Notes: generated by a model not told the origin, from the letters alone. Counted from the first letter of the stretch, positions 25,796 through 38,600 are shown. The stretch: 64,000 bases of DNA from Mustelus asterias (GCF_964213995.1 NC_135805.1:122264001-122328000); one strand, 5' to 3'. A program made the numbers and translations.

Positions 25796-26790
25796 ATGTA
25801 TTTGGATTTTAAGAAGGTTTTCAATAAGGTCCCACACAGGAGGTTAATAAACATAGATATAACATATGGGATGGATGGGGCAGAAAACAGTCGGAATAAG
25901 TGGGTCATTCTCAGGTTGGCAGGATGTGACTAGTGGGACACAAGAAGAATCGATACTTGGGACCCCAGCTGCTCGCAATCTGTATCAATAAGTTGGATGT
26001 GCGGACAAAATGTAATATTTCCAAGTTTGCATATGGCACAAAACTAGGTGGGAATGTACATTGTGAGGAAGATGAAAAGAGGCTTCAAGGGGATTTGAAC
26101 AGACTTAGTGCACGGACGAGAACTTGGCAGATGGAATATAATGTGGATAAGTGTGAGGTTATCTATTCTGATAGGTGAAATGGAGGCGCAGAGTATTTCT
26201 TAAATGGCAAGAGCTTGGGAAGTGTCGATGTCCAAAGGGACCCTGGTGTCTTTTTTTCATAAGTCACTGAAAGCTAACATGCAGATGCAGCAAACAATTA
26301 GGATGAAAATGGTATGTTTTCCTTTTTAACAAGATGAATTGAGCACTGGAGTAAAGATGGTTTGCTTCAATTATATAGAACATTGATTAAACTGTACCTG
26401 GAGTATTGTGCACAGTTTTGGTCCCCCTATCTAAGGAAGGATATATTTACCAAGGAGGTAATGGAAGTTCACCAGGCTTATTCCTGGGATGGCAGGACTG
26501 TCCCATGAGGAGAGATTGAGGAGCCTGTGTCTGTATTCTCTCAAGTTTATTCGAAGGTGAGGTGATGTAATGTAATTGAAACTTACAGATGGAGTTAGAC
26601 AGGGTAGATGCAGAAAGGCTATTGCAGTCTCAGATTAAGGGGTAGGAATCTTTGGAATTCTCTACCCCAGTCTGTTGTGGAAGTTCTATCATTGAGTCTG
26701 TTCAAGACAGAGATTGATAAATTCATAGCTGCCAACGACATCAAGGGATATTGTGGGAAAAATAGTGTTGTGGTAGACGATAGGCTATGA
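25796..26790 (+). mobile_element. Old degenerate CR1 LINE (host of younger copies)
   Basis: MYLDFKKVFNKVPHRRL and LQGDLNRLS..WQMEYNVDKCEV. Continues the GEPIDV stub at ~23385, and the tail resumes at ~27690-27750. Confidence 0.8.
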
Positions 26791-26792
26791 TC

Positions 26793-27680
26793 GTCTGCAG
26801 CGTGACATAGATAGGATGCAAGACTGGGCGGAGAAGTGGCAGATGGATAAACCATCAGATAAGCTGCAGAGCTGGGCTGAGAGGTGGCAAATGGAGTTTA
26901 ATGCGGAAAAGTGTGAGGTGATTCACTTTGGAAGGAGTAACAGGAATACAGAGTACTGGGCTAATGGTAAGATACTTGGTAGTGTGGATGAACAGAGGGA
27001 TCTGGGTGTCCATGTGCATAGATCCCTGAAAGTTGGCACCCAGGTTGATAGGGTTGTTAAGAAGGTGTACGGTGTGTTAGCTTTTATTGGTAGAGGGATT
27101 GAGTTTCGGAGCCAGGAGGTCATGCTGCAACTGTACAAAACTCTGGTGCGGCCACATTTGGAGTATTGCGTACAGTTCTGGTCGCCACATTATAGGAAAG
27201 ATGTGGAAGTGTTGGAAAGGGTGCAGAGAAGATTTACCAGGATGTTGCCTGGTATAGTGGGAAGATCATATGAGGAAAGGCTAAGGGACTTGAGGTTGTT
27301 TTCGTTAGAGAGAAGAAGGTTAAGAGGTGACTTAATAGAGGCATACAAGATGATCAGAGGATTAGATAGGGTGGATAGTGAGAGCCTTTTTCCTCGGATG
27401 TTGATGGCTAACACGAGGGGACATAGCTTTAAATTGAGGGGTGAGAGATATAGGACAGATGTTAGATGTAGGTTCTTTACTCAGAGAGTAGTAAGGGCGT
27501 GGAATGCCCTGCCTGCAGCAGTGGTGGACTCGTCAACATTAAGAGCATTCAAAAGGTTATTGGATAAACATATGGATGATATTGGAATAGTGTAGATTAG
27601 AGGGGCTTTAGATTGGTCCCACTGGTTGGTGCAACATCGAGGGCCGAAGGGCCTGTACTGCGCTGTTATGTTCTATATTC
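26793..27680 (+). mobile_element. CR1 LINE (subfamily A) with a chimeric 5' end
   Basis: ORF 26816-27595, highly similar to 1950-2770. Flanked by CTATGATC at 26785-26792 and 27680-27687. Confidence 0.92.
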
Positions 27681-27749
27681 TATGATCTATCTAATTGAAT
27701 GGTGGAATAGGGTTGAATGGCCACCTTCTGCTCGAGTACTCCTATGTTC

Positions 27750-28130
27750 TCACCCAATCCCCTACCAGACTCTCACTACTTGTTGACCTGATCTGAGCCC
27801 ACCACTTAATTCCTCGCCCGTACCACTCAATTCACCTCCTGATGCAACCAGATCCCCACCACCTGATTCTTCCCTGGCCTCCAGACCCACATCTACTTGA
27901 CCTGACTATCCCCCACCATCTGACTCCACCCCATCTGATTAGCCACCTTCCTCCACCCACCGATGTGATCTGATTAGTCCCCCACCTGACCAGACTACCC
28001 CTCTGACCCACCTAACCAATGCACCTGCTATCCTTTCCATCTTAACCACCTCAACCACCTGCCACCATCCCTGTGACCTACTCGATCCCTTCATCCATCC
28101 TGCCCTGTTAACCACCCTGCCTCCTTATAC
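27750..28130. repeat. C-rich low-complexity tract
   Basis: Repeated ccacc/cacctg(a) units with strong strand asymmetry. Similar tract at ~23225-23370. Confidence 0.55.
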
Positions 28131-28377
28131 ATTTACCTATTTTTCTTAGCTTTCCAAATAAGCTTCAGGACATTAAAATTCTTAACTTATCGGTATATGG
28201 CAGCTAATGCCATTAAAAGGGGACATGGCTTCAGACCGTCCAGCGACATGAAGAAGCAGCTCTGTAGGTATGCTCCACATTTCTGGAGAAGCCAAAATTG
28301 AAAGTCCCGACCAGAAAGGGGCACAGAAAAGTAAGAGTGGAGATGCAACCTGAGGGAGATCGACACTGTTTGGAGGA

Positions 28378-28708
28378 TCATAGAATCATAGAAACCCTAC
28401 AGCCATTTGGCCCATCGAGTCTGCACCGACCACAATCCCACCCAGGCCCTACCCCCATATCCCTACACATTTACCCACTAATCCCTCTAACCTACACATC
28501 TCAGGACACTAAGGGGTAATTTTAGCATAGCCAATCAACCTAACCTGCACATTTTTGGACTGTGGGAGGAAACTGGAGCACCCGGAGGAAACCCACGCAC
28601 ACACGAGGAGAATGTGCAAACTCCACACAGACAGTGACCCAAGCCGAGAATCGAACGCGGGTCCCTGGAACTGTGAAGCAGCAGTGATAACCACTGTGCT
28701 ACCGTGCC
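28378..28708 (-). mobile_element. HE1-type V-SINE
   Basis: Reverse-complement head (ccactgtgctaccgtgcc), V-domain and tail (tcatagaatcatagaa). Confidence 0.9.
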
Positions 28709-28967
28709 GGATTAGGATTAGGGCCATTGTGTCCAAAAAAACCCCGAATGATCTTTGGATCAAATTCATGCTATTCAAATTAGAGCAATTTATGTGGCCA
28801 GAAAAGCTTGGGGATTTGGTGATTGGCCAATCATCTGAAGTTGACATATTTTCACAGGGCAGTTCAATTCTGCAGCAACAATTTTATTTTCAGCTATAAG
28901 TTGCCAGCGCAGACTTCACCCTGTTGGTTTACCCAACAGAGAGTCTTTACCATGTATTTTTTTAGAC

Positions 28968-29105
28968 TTGGATTTATATAGGATTCATAACCATTGGAAG
29001 TCTCAAAGCCATTTACAGCCAATATGTATTTTTGTTTGAAGTGTCGTCAGTACTGTATGTCAGAAATGTAACAGCCAATTTTACGCACAATTGATACTGC
29101 ACAGA
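28968..29105 (-). mobile_element. Old Deu-domain SINE 3' fragment
   Basis: Reverse complement resembles 49110-49230 (gtgcacaaattggctg...aaagctttgg). Confidence 0.55.
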
Positions 29106-29146
29106 TAAACCACCGCACACCTATGTCCATGGTAAATTTATATGTA

Positions 29147-29339
29147 TGATGTGGAGATGCCGGCGTTGGACTGGGGTGAACACAGTAAGAGTTTTAACAA
29201 CACGAGGTTAAAGTCCAACAAGTTTATTTGGTAGCAAATACCATTAGCTTTCGGAGCGGGAGCAGCACTCCGAAAGCTAATGGCATTTGCTACCAAATAA
29301 ACCTGTTGGATTTTAACCTGGTGTTGTTAAAACTCTTAC
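29147..29339. mobile_element. Penelope terminal-repeat palindrome with 14-bp TSD
   Basis: Arms 29184-29256 and 29268-29340. TSD TAAATTTATATGTA at 29133-29146 and 29340-29353. Confidence 0.88.
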
Positions 29340-30922
29340 TAAATTTATATGTACCCAGCGATAAGCAGCTGGTTATTCTGAGCTTCAGCCAGCACTCTGC
29401 CTGCAGGGTGGTCAAGTAAGTTGGTGTACATTTTGTAGAATTTGGTCAGTTAGATGGAATTGCAACCTGACTAAAAGTTTTTGCTGTCAAGCACAGGATG
29501 TGCTGACCAAAGACACATTTGTGCTCAGGAACCTAATATTCCTCCAATTTCCTAGGAATCAGCTTCTAATATTAGACCTAAGGGCAGCCACCTTGCTCGG
29601 CTATTTTAGAGCTCTTTGATTTAATCAGGTGATGATGGCCTCAGCAATAACCTTGTCCTGTTTACTTTGTGTAGACAGGGTATTAGCATGAGATCTTTGA
29701 TGTTAAGGCACAAGATCAACAAGGTCCAGGTAAAGATTTTACTCTAGGAAATTCCTCTTTCAAGTCATAACCACCCAGGACTGATGGGGGAAGGGTGGAA
29801 GCTGCTGTTCAGGGCAAATAGGACCAAAGGGAATGTGATAATTGAAATGCTTGCAATTTGCGTTCTTTGCTCGTTATATCCAGGCACCAACAATAACTCT
29901 ATCATCCATTATATCAGCAAGCAGGAGTTGATTTGTTTCCAACTAATAAGTCCAGGAAAAATTAAACCTAAACTCAGCTGCACCTGGCAACATGAGAGAA
30001 TTGATCTGTGCAATGATCTCACATGTTGGACAAGAGAGAATTCCTAAACTGGTCTGCTGGGCACCACTGATATGAATCAGGGAAGTTGTGGTCACTAGTT
30101 TGACTGCATTTAGACTGGCCAGTAGTTTGTCCTGGGGAAAGAGGGTCAAATAAGAGGAAAGTTAGGCATGGGTTGAAAGCACCCGCTGTTTTAATGAGAC
30201 TCGAGTATAGCATGCCTGCCCCCATCTGACCACACACAAAGATAACTTATCAAACTGATCTACTTGTTTTTTTCCACAACTTCTTTAAGTGCTGCAGTTT
30301 AGGTTTCTGTCAAGCCTGAACAATTAGTTGAATCTTGTGTAATGCAAGCTCTAATGAGTCTTACATTTCCCAGAGTTGGTTGTTAAAACTCATTTCAATA
30401 TTGCATATTTCAGGCAGTGTCGTGGTTGCCTTACAAAAATACCTTGACGGATTTAGCAGTGGTCCAGATAAATCAGATGTGTGGACTGTCGATCTGCTTA
30501 ATTTGTCATTGTTGTACTTGTCTTACACTCGGGGATTTAGAATTTAAGCCTCAATGTGACCAACCAGAGGAATATCTTTCTTGGACCTTGACTTGGTAGA
30601 AGTGAGCAACTCTAGAAAGTCTCAAGAAAATTCTGCAATTGAAGGTTGACCTGTTGCATCCTCAGGAAATCTTTAGCATTGTTCCTAAAAAAGGAGACAG
30701 CTCCATGTAGACGTCTTTGAAGTCCCTGTCTGTGTTCCCTCCTATTCCCTGCTCACCTAGTTAGCACAGAATATGCATGTGGTAGAACTCATTCTGAGCA
30801 CTCTGCACTGGCTCCATCAGCAACATTTGGTGGTTTGTGGCAATGAGCAGAAGCAGTATTTCACAATTCTGAAAGGTTATCTGATTCAGCATCCAGAATT
30901 CTTTTGATTGACAGCATGTTTA

Positions 30923-32228
30923 GACCATTTAGAAAGATGCGGATTAATCCGGGATAGTCAGCACGGATTCGTGAAGGGCAAGTCGTGCCTCACAAATTTG
31001 ATTGAATTTTTTGAGGAGGTAACTAAGTGTGTTGATGAAGGTAGGGCAGTTGATGTCATATACATGGATTTTAGTAAGGCGTTTGATAAGGTCCTCCATG
31101 GTCGGCTTATGATGAAAGTGAGGAGGTGTGGGATAGAGGGAAGTTGGCCGATTGGATAGGTAACTGGCTGTCTGATCGAAGACAGAGGGTGGTGGTGGAT
31201 GGAAAATTTTCGGATTGGAGGCAGGTTGCTAGCGGAGTGCCACAGGGATCAGTGCTTGGTCCTCTGCTCTTTGTGATTTTTATTAATGATTTAGAGGAGT
31301 GGGCTGAAGGGTGGATCAGTAAATTTGCTGATGACACCAAGATTGGTGGAGTAGTGGATGAGGTGGAGGGTTGTTGTAGGCTGCAAAGAGACATAGATAG
31401 GATGCAAAGCTGGGCTGAAAAATGGCAAATGGAGTTTAACCCTGATAAATGTGAGGTGATTCATTTTGGTAGGACTAATTTAAATGTGGATTACAGGGTC
31501 AAAGGTAGGGTTCTGAAGACTGTGGAGGAACAGAGAGACCTTGGGGTCCATATCCACAGATCTCTAAAGGTTGCCACTCAAGTGAATAGAGCTGTGAAGA
31601 AGGCCTATAGTGTGTTAGCTTTTATTAACAGGGGGTTGGAGTTTAAGAGCCATGGGGTTATGCTGCAACTGTACAGGACCTTGGTGAGACCACATTTGGA
31701 ATATTGTGTGCAGTTCTGGTCACCTCACTGTAAGAAGGATGTGGAAGCGCTGGAAAGAGTGCAGAGGAGATTTACCAGGATGCTGCCTGGTTTGGAGGGT
31801 AGGTCTTATGAGGAAAGGTTGAGGGAGCTAGGGCTGTTCTCTCTGGAGCGGAGGAGGCTGAGGGGAGACTTAATAGAGGTTTATAAAATGATGAAGGGGA
31901 TAGATAGAGTGAACGTTCAAAGACTATTTCCTCGGGTGGATGGAGCTATTACAAGGGGGCATAACTATAGGGTTCATGGTGGGAGATATAGGAAGGATAT
32001 CAGAGGTAGGTTCTTTACGCAGAGAGTGATTGGGGTGTGAAATGGACTGCCTGCAGTGATAGTGGAGTCAGACACTTTAGGAACATTTAAGCGGTTATTG
32101 GATAGGCACATGGAGCACACCAGAATGATAGGGAGTGGGATAGCTTGATCTTGGTTTCAGATAAAGCTCGGCACAACATTGTGGGCCGAAGGGCCTGTTC
32201 TCTGCTGTACTGTTCTATGTTCTATGTT
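30923..32228 (+). mobile_element. 5'-truncated CR1 LINE (subfamily B)
   Basis: ORFs 30908-31159 and 31126-32040 (one frameshift), FADDTK motif, tail tgttctatgttctatg. Flanking ATGTTTA duplication. Confidence 0.94.
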
Positions 32229-32471
32229 TATATTGAGCACCAACAAGTGTGGAGGGAATCTATTTAAAGCTAATAATAGAGTCAGCAATCTTTTTCAATG
32301 TTTCATTCATATTCATTCATTTGTATAGAACTGTGAATCCTACTGTATGGCACAGTAAACATTGTAAATGTTCATAATACTTTCATCTGTCATGTGTAGA
32401 TGAGAGCACGTGTAGCCAGCACAATGTTCTCGTTCTTTTTAATGATCAGATTTCAAAGGAAAAATGAAAGG

Positions 32472-32615
32472 GTTGCTTTTATATAGCACATTTCATAGCC
32501 CCAGGATGTCTCAAAAGGACCAATTAGGCATCTTTGTCGAGATGTAATGATCGTTGTAGAGAATGTGGCGGCCAGTTTGTGCACAAGAAATTCTGATGTG
32601 CAATAATAACCTGAT
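32472..32615 (-). mobile_element. Old Deu-domain SINE 3' fragment
   Basis: ttgcttttatatagcacatttcat...aatgtggcggccagtttgtgcacaag is the reverse complement of the tail seen at 49110-49230. Confidence 0.55.
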
Positions 32616-32619
32616 CATA

Positions 32620-33945
32620 CTCAGCATGGCTTTGTCAAAGGCCGATCGTGCCTTACGAGCCTGGTGAAGTTCTTTGAAAATGTGACTAAACACATTGACG
32701 AAGGGAAAGCGGTAGATGTGGTTTATATGGATTTTAGCAAGGTGTTCGATAAGGTCCCCCATGCAAGGCTTGTAGAAAAAGTGAGAGGCCATGGGATCCA
32801 AGGGGCTGCTGCCCTGTGGATCCAGAACTGGCTTGCCCAAAGGACAGTAAGAAGTCTCACAACACCAGGTTAAAGTCCAACAGGTTTATTTGGCGCATCT
32901 CCACATCTTGCCCAAAGGAGACAGAGAGTGGGTATAGATAGGTCTTTTTCTAAATGGAGGTCGGTCACCAGTGATGTGCCTCAGGGATCTGTTCTGGGAC
33001 CCTTGCTGTTTGTCATTTTCATAAATGACCTGGATGAGGAAGTGGAAGGATGGGTTGGTAAGTTTGCCGATGACACGAAGGTTAGTGGGGTTGTGGATAG
33101 TCTGGAGGGATGTCAGAAGTTACAGAGGGACATAGATAGGATGCAAGACTGGGTGGAGAAGTGGCAGATGGACTTCAACCCAGATAAATGCGTAGTGGTC
33201 CATTTTGGCAGGTCAAATGGGATGAAGGAGTACAATATAAAGGGAAAGACTCTTAGTACTGTGGAGGATCAGAAGGACCTTGGGGTCCAGGTCCATAGGA
33301 CTCTAAAATTGGCCCCGCAGGTGGAGGAGGTGGTTAAGAAGGCGTATGGTGTGCTGGCCTTTATCAATCGAGGGATTGAGTTTTGGAGTCCAGGAATAAT
33401 GATGCAGCTATATAAGACCCTCGTCAGACCCCACTTGGAGTACTGTGCTCAGTTCTGGTCACCTCATTACAGGAAGGATGTGGAAAAGATTGAAAGGGTG
33501 CAGAGGAGATTTACAAGGATGTTGCCTGGATTGAGTGGCATGCCTTATGAGGATAGGCTGCGGGAGCTCGGTCTTTTCTCCTTGGAGAGACGTAGGATGA
33601 GAGGAGACCTAATAGAGGTATATAAGATGTTGAGAGGCATAGATCGGGTGGACTCGCAGAGGCTTTTTCCCAGGGTGGAAATGGCTGCTACGAGAGGACA
33701 CAGGTTTAAGGTGCTGGGGGGTAGGTACAGGGGAAATGTTAGGGGTAAGTTTTTCACACACGGTGGTGGGCGAGTGGAATCGGCTGCCGTCAGTGATGTT
33801 GGAGGCAAACTCAATAGGGTCTTTTAAGAGACTCCCGGATGAGTACATGGGACTTAATAGGATGGAGGGTTATAGGTAGGCCTAAAAGGTAGGGATATGT
33901 TCAGCACAACTTGTGGGGCCGAAGGGCCTGTTTTGTGCTGTCGTT
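32620..33945 (+). mobile_element. CR1 LINE (subfamily C-like) with a small Penelope insertion
   Basis: ORFs 32664-32873 and 32928-33827. CR1 tail at ~33915-33945. Confidence 0.93.
32845..32906 (-). mobile_element. 62-bp Penelope terminal fragment with 13-bp TSD
   Basis: TSD CTTGCCCAAAGGA at 32832-32844 and 32907-32919. The insert matches 23868-23913 plus an inverted terminus gcatctccacat (compare atgtggagatgc at 29149). Confidence 0.88.
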
Positions 33946-34467
33946 TTAATGATGTATGGAATAAATATTGGCTCGGACATGATATACAACTGTAGAGTAT
34001 GTACTTGAGTCTCTGTGACAGATGAGCAGGAAATAGGAGGGAACTCAGACAGGGGCTTCAAAGTCTTCTACATGGTGCTGTCTCCTATTTTAGGAACAAT
34101 GCTAAAGATTCCCTGAGGATGCAACAGTCAATCTTCAACTGCAGAATTTTCTTTTAATCAACCTTTCACTTGTGATAATTGAGACTTTGCCCTGGAGTTG
34201 CTCACTTCTACCAAGTCAAGGATTTCTACTGAAATCAAAAGTAATGCCATTGAGTTATGATTGACACTTTATTATATTCAACTATTACTGAGTTTTAGGA
34301 AACATGGTATGAACTGTAGGAAGGGGAAGGATGACAAAAACAGTATGGTATACATGATTCACAAAATGCCATTCTGTTACGAACTATGTTCATCTGTCTG
34401 TCTTTAAAAATAATAGCCAATGCACAAATTACTTTAGCCTTTTGATCCATATTATTTTTGAAAAATC

Positions 34468-34725
34468 ACATAGAATCATATAGTGCAGAAGAGGTTCTTG
34501 CAAGAAACACCTGAACTCCAACCTAATCCCATTTACCAGCACTTGGCCCACAGCCTTGAATATTATGAGGTGCCAGGAGCTCATTCAGGTACTTTTTAAA
34601 GGATGTGAGGCAACCGGCCTCTACCATCCTCCCAGGCAGCACATCCCAGACTGTCCCCACCCTCTGGGTAAAAAGGTTTTTCCTCACAACCCCACTAAAC
34701 TTCATGCCCCTCACCTTGAACCTAT
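34468..34725 (-). mobile_element. CR1 3' fragment
   Basis: ORF 34523-34714 VRKNLFTQRVGTVWDVLP. Confidence 0.75.
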
Positions 34726-35349
34726 GTTGGACAGCATTACTTTGTATCTTGAACTATTTGAGTTTGGGTACCTTCATCATCCTGGCATCTTTACTACTTG
34801 TTAATTTTATGTTTCTCTTGTGTTGCCATCGCTGTCCATGTTCAATGTTCTGCTTTTATCCTAATTAAATATTTATGCCCTGCTTATAAATGGACATTAT
34901 CCAATCCTCTCAATATTAAAAAAGCGTGCATGCTGCCCATCTCCTGAGATTTTCTCCAGAGCCCTGTCTTTCTCGTTCTGTCAGTTTGAGGAATATCTGC
35001 TGTCCATATCCTTGCTCTCACCCAGGTTCTGTTATTCATTACTTCTGTACTCGCTGACCTACATTGGTTCCCAGTTGAGTAATGCCTTGGTACAAAAAAA
35101 ATTCTCACGCTTGGTTTTCCAAGCCCTCCATGGACTTGCGCCTCCCTAATTCTGTCACTTCCCACAATCCTTTGAGATGCCGACACTCCTCAAAATTCTG
35201 GCCTCTTGAGCAACCCCGATTTTAATTTCTCCATCTTTGGTGAGGCTCCTGAACATCAAAACCTAGGCCACCTTAAACCTCTCCACCTCTCTTTCATTGT
35301 GTAAATCTGCTCCTTCAAACCTACTTCTTTAACTAAGCTACAAACTTCT

Positions 35350-35647
35350 TGATGCGCGATATAACACACGAGAGGCGTGATGTACTCGGGAAATAAAGGC
35401 TTTTATTGCCAACAATAACAGAGCTACCATATACAGTACACGATCCCAGACTAAAGGGTCACCAGGCAGAGTAGTGACCTTTATACCTCTCCCAGGAGGC
35501 GGAGCCGACTGGGGTGTACCATAACAACTATATTAACAGGTAGAACAGCCCAACCCTAACTCCAACAGTAACATATATACAGACTCATAGTACTGGCCAG
35601 ACCATGGCTCAGCACTACCTAGTGGGAACCAACAATGGTTCACCACA
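35350..35647 (-). repeat. 3' LTR
   Basis: Direct repeat of 40098-40395 with one mismatch seen by eye. Confidence 0.96.
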
Positions 35648-35648
35648 T

Positions 35649-38600
35649 TCACCCCTCCTTTGAAAACAAAGGCCGGCGGGGTACAAAACACAGAACAATT
35701 GTCCACTTGTCTATAAGTTCAAGCGGTCTGGGGGACCGCACCGTCGTTGTGACCTCTAACACCGGCGATGACACCGGTTCAGGCAATCGCGGTGGCGTTC
35801 TCTCCAAGGCGATGTCCAGCGACGACTCCAGTGCCTCACAGGCCGGTAGACCCCGAGGTGGTGACAATCCACTGAACTCGGGCACGCCTTGAAGTGGCGA
35901 CCATCTCCTGGACTCAGGCAAGCTGTACACGGGAGTAAGAGGGTTAAGTGGTGGTCCCGACACTGTCCGCGCCGTGTCAGGAGGGAAAATAATGGTTGGG
36001 GGGTCCCTAACAGTAGGTGTGGGAGCGACAGGGGTTTCCAAGCCTCCTGCTGGCGCCAGATCTCGAATCGAGACCGTGTCCTCTCGCCCGTCAGGATATG
36101 CCTCGTAGGCATACTGAGGGTTGGCGTGGAGGAGATGGACCTGTTCAACCAAAGGGTCGGACTTGCGGGTCCTAACATGTCGCCGCAGGAGGACAGGTCC
36201 TGAGTACGTCAACCAAGACGGTAATGAGGTCCCAGAGGAAGACTTCCTAGGGAATGAAAACATTCTCTCATGAGGAGTAGCGTTGGTTGCCGTACACAGG
36301 AGTGAGCGTATGGAGTGGAGCGCATCAGGGAGTACCTCTTGCCAACGGGAGACTGGAAGACCTTTAGACTTCAACGCCAGTAAGACAGCCTTCCAGACTG
36401 TAGCATTCTCTCGTTCGACCTGTCCGTTACCCCATGGGTTGTAGCTCGTGGTTCTACTAGAGGCAATCCCATATGAGAGCAGGTATTGTCTCAAGTCATC
36501 GCTCATGAACGACGAGCCCCTATCGCTGTGGATGTAACAGGGGTAACCGAACAGGGTGAAAAGATCACGAAATGCGTTGATAACCGTGGCAGCGGTCATA
36601 TTAGAACAGGGAATGACAAAAGGGAATCGTGAGTACTCATCAACCACATTGAGGAAGTACACGTTCCGATCTGTTGAGGGAAGGGGGCCCTTAAAGTCCA
36701 CACTCAGTCTTTCGAAGGGACGAGTGGTCTTAACGAGTTATGCCCTGTCAGGTCGGTAGAAGTGCGGTTTGCATTCCGCGCATACCTGACAGCTTCTGGT
36801 TATGGACCTGACATCCTCCACCGAGTAGGGTAGATTCCGGGCTTTTACGAAGTGGTAGAGCCGAGTGACCCCCGGATGGCAGAGGTCATTGTGGAGAGCC
36901 TGCAATCGATTCTCCTGCATACTCGCGCATGTTCCACGCGACAGGGCATCCGAGGGCTCGTTGAGCTTCCCTGGACGATACATGATATCATAATTGTAGG
37001 TGGAGAGTTCGATTCTCCACCTCAAGATCTTATCGTTCTTGATCTTACCCCGTAATGTGTTGTTGAACATGAACGCCACGGACCGCTGGTCCGTGAGCAG
37101 AGTGAACCGTTTGCCCGCCAAGTAATGGCACCAATGCCGAACGGCCTCCACAATGGCCTGGGCCTCCTTTTCCACTGCCGAATGTCGAATTTCAGGGCCT
37201 TGGAGGGTGCGAGAGAAAAAGGCGACGGGCCTGCCCGCCTGGTTAAGTGTGGCGGCCAGGGTGAAATCCGATGCATCACTCTCCACCTGGAAGGGGATGG
37301 ACTCGTCGATAGCATGCATCGTGGCTTTCGCGATGTCGGCTTTTATTCTTGCAAAAGCTAAGCGAGCCTCTGTTGCTAGGGGAAAAGAGGTAGACTTGAT
37401 GAGCGGACGGGCTTTGTCCGCGTAATTGGGAACCCACTGTGCGTAGTATGAGAAGAAGCCTAAGCATCTTCTCAGTGCTTTGACGCTAGTGGGCAGAGGA
37501 AGTTCGAGGAGAGGACGCATACGGTCTGGATCAGGGCCAAGGACCCCGTTTTCCACCACGTATCCGAGGATAGCTAGGCAGCGCGTGTGAAATACACACT
37601 TCTCCCTGTTGTAGGTCAGATTCAGGCGAGATGCAGTGCGTAAGAATCTAAGAAGGTTGGCATCGTGGTCCTGCTGGTCATGGCCGCAGATGGTGACGTT
37701 ATCCAGGTATGGGAAGGTAGCCCGCAGCCCGTTCTGGTCCACCATTCGGTCCATAGCACGCTGGAAGACCGAGACCCCATTCGTGACACCAAAAGGAACC
37801 CTTAAAAAATGGTACAGGCGACCATCCGCCTCAAAGGCCGTGTATTGTCGGTCGTCTGGGCGAATGGGGAGTTGGTGGTAAGCAGATTTTAAGTCGATGG
37901 TGGAGAACACCCGGTACTGCGCAATCTGGTTGACCATGTCAGATATGCGCGGGAGGGGATACGCATCCAGCTGCGTGTATCTGTTGATGGTCTGACTATA
38001 GTCTATGACCATCCGGGGTTTGTTCCCATTCTTAACCACCACGACTTGCGCTCTCCAGGGACTAGCGCTAGGTTGGATGATCCCTTCCTTGAGGAGCCGC
38101 TGAACTTCAGATCGAATGAAGATCCGATCTTCAGCGCTGTAATGCCTGCTCTTTGTTGCGATGGGCTTGCAGCCTGGCACGAGATTCTGGAATAGGGAGG
38201 GTGTGGTAATCCTAAGCGTTGAGAGAATACATGTGGAGCGCGTTGGGCAATTTAGAGGCTGCGGGTCTCCCACTGAAAGCGGAGGGAGTGGCCCACCGTA
38301 CTGCAGGGTTACACTCTTCAAGTGGACCATAAAATCTAGTCCTAGGAGTATTGGCGCGCAAAGGTGCGGTAACACGAGGAGCTTGAAGTTCTCGTAGACT
38401 GTGTCCTGCACCGTCAGATTTACCACGCAACTCCCTAGCACGGTGACAGACCGGAACCTTGATGCCATCGAAATTGTCTGCTTGACAGTCTGAATCTGGA
38501 GCCCACACCGCTTCACGGTGTCAGGGTGAATGAAGCTCTCCGTGCTCCCGCTGTCAAACAAACAATAAATCGGGCGTTTGTTTACCTGTATGTCCATCAT

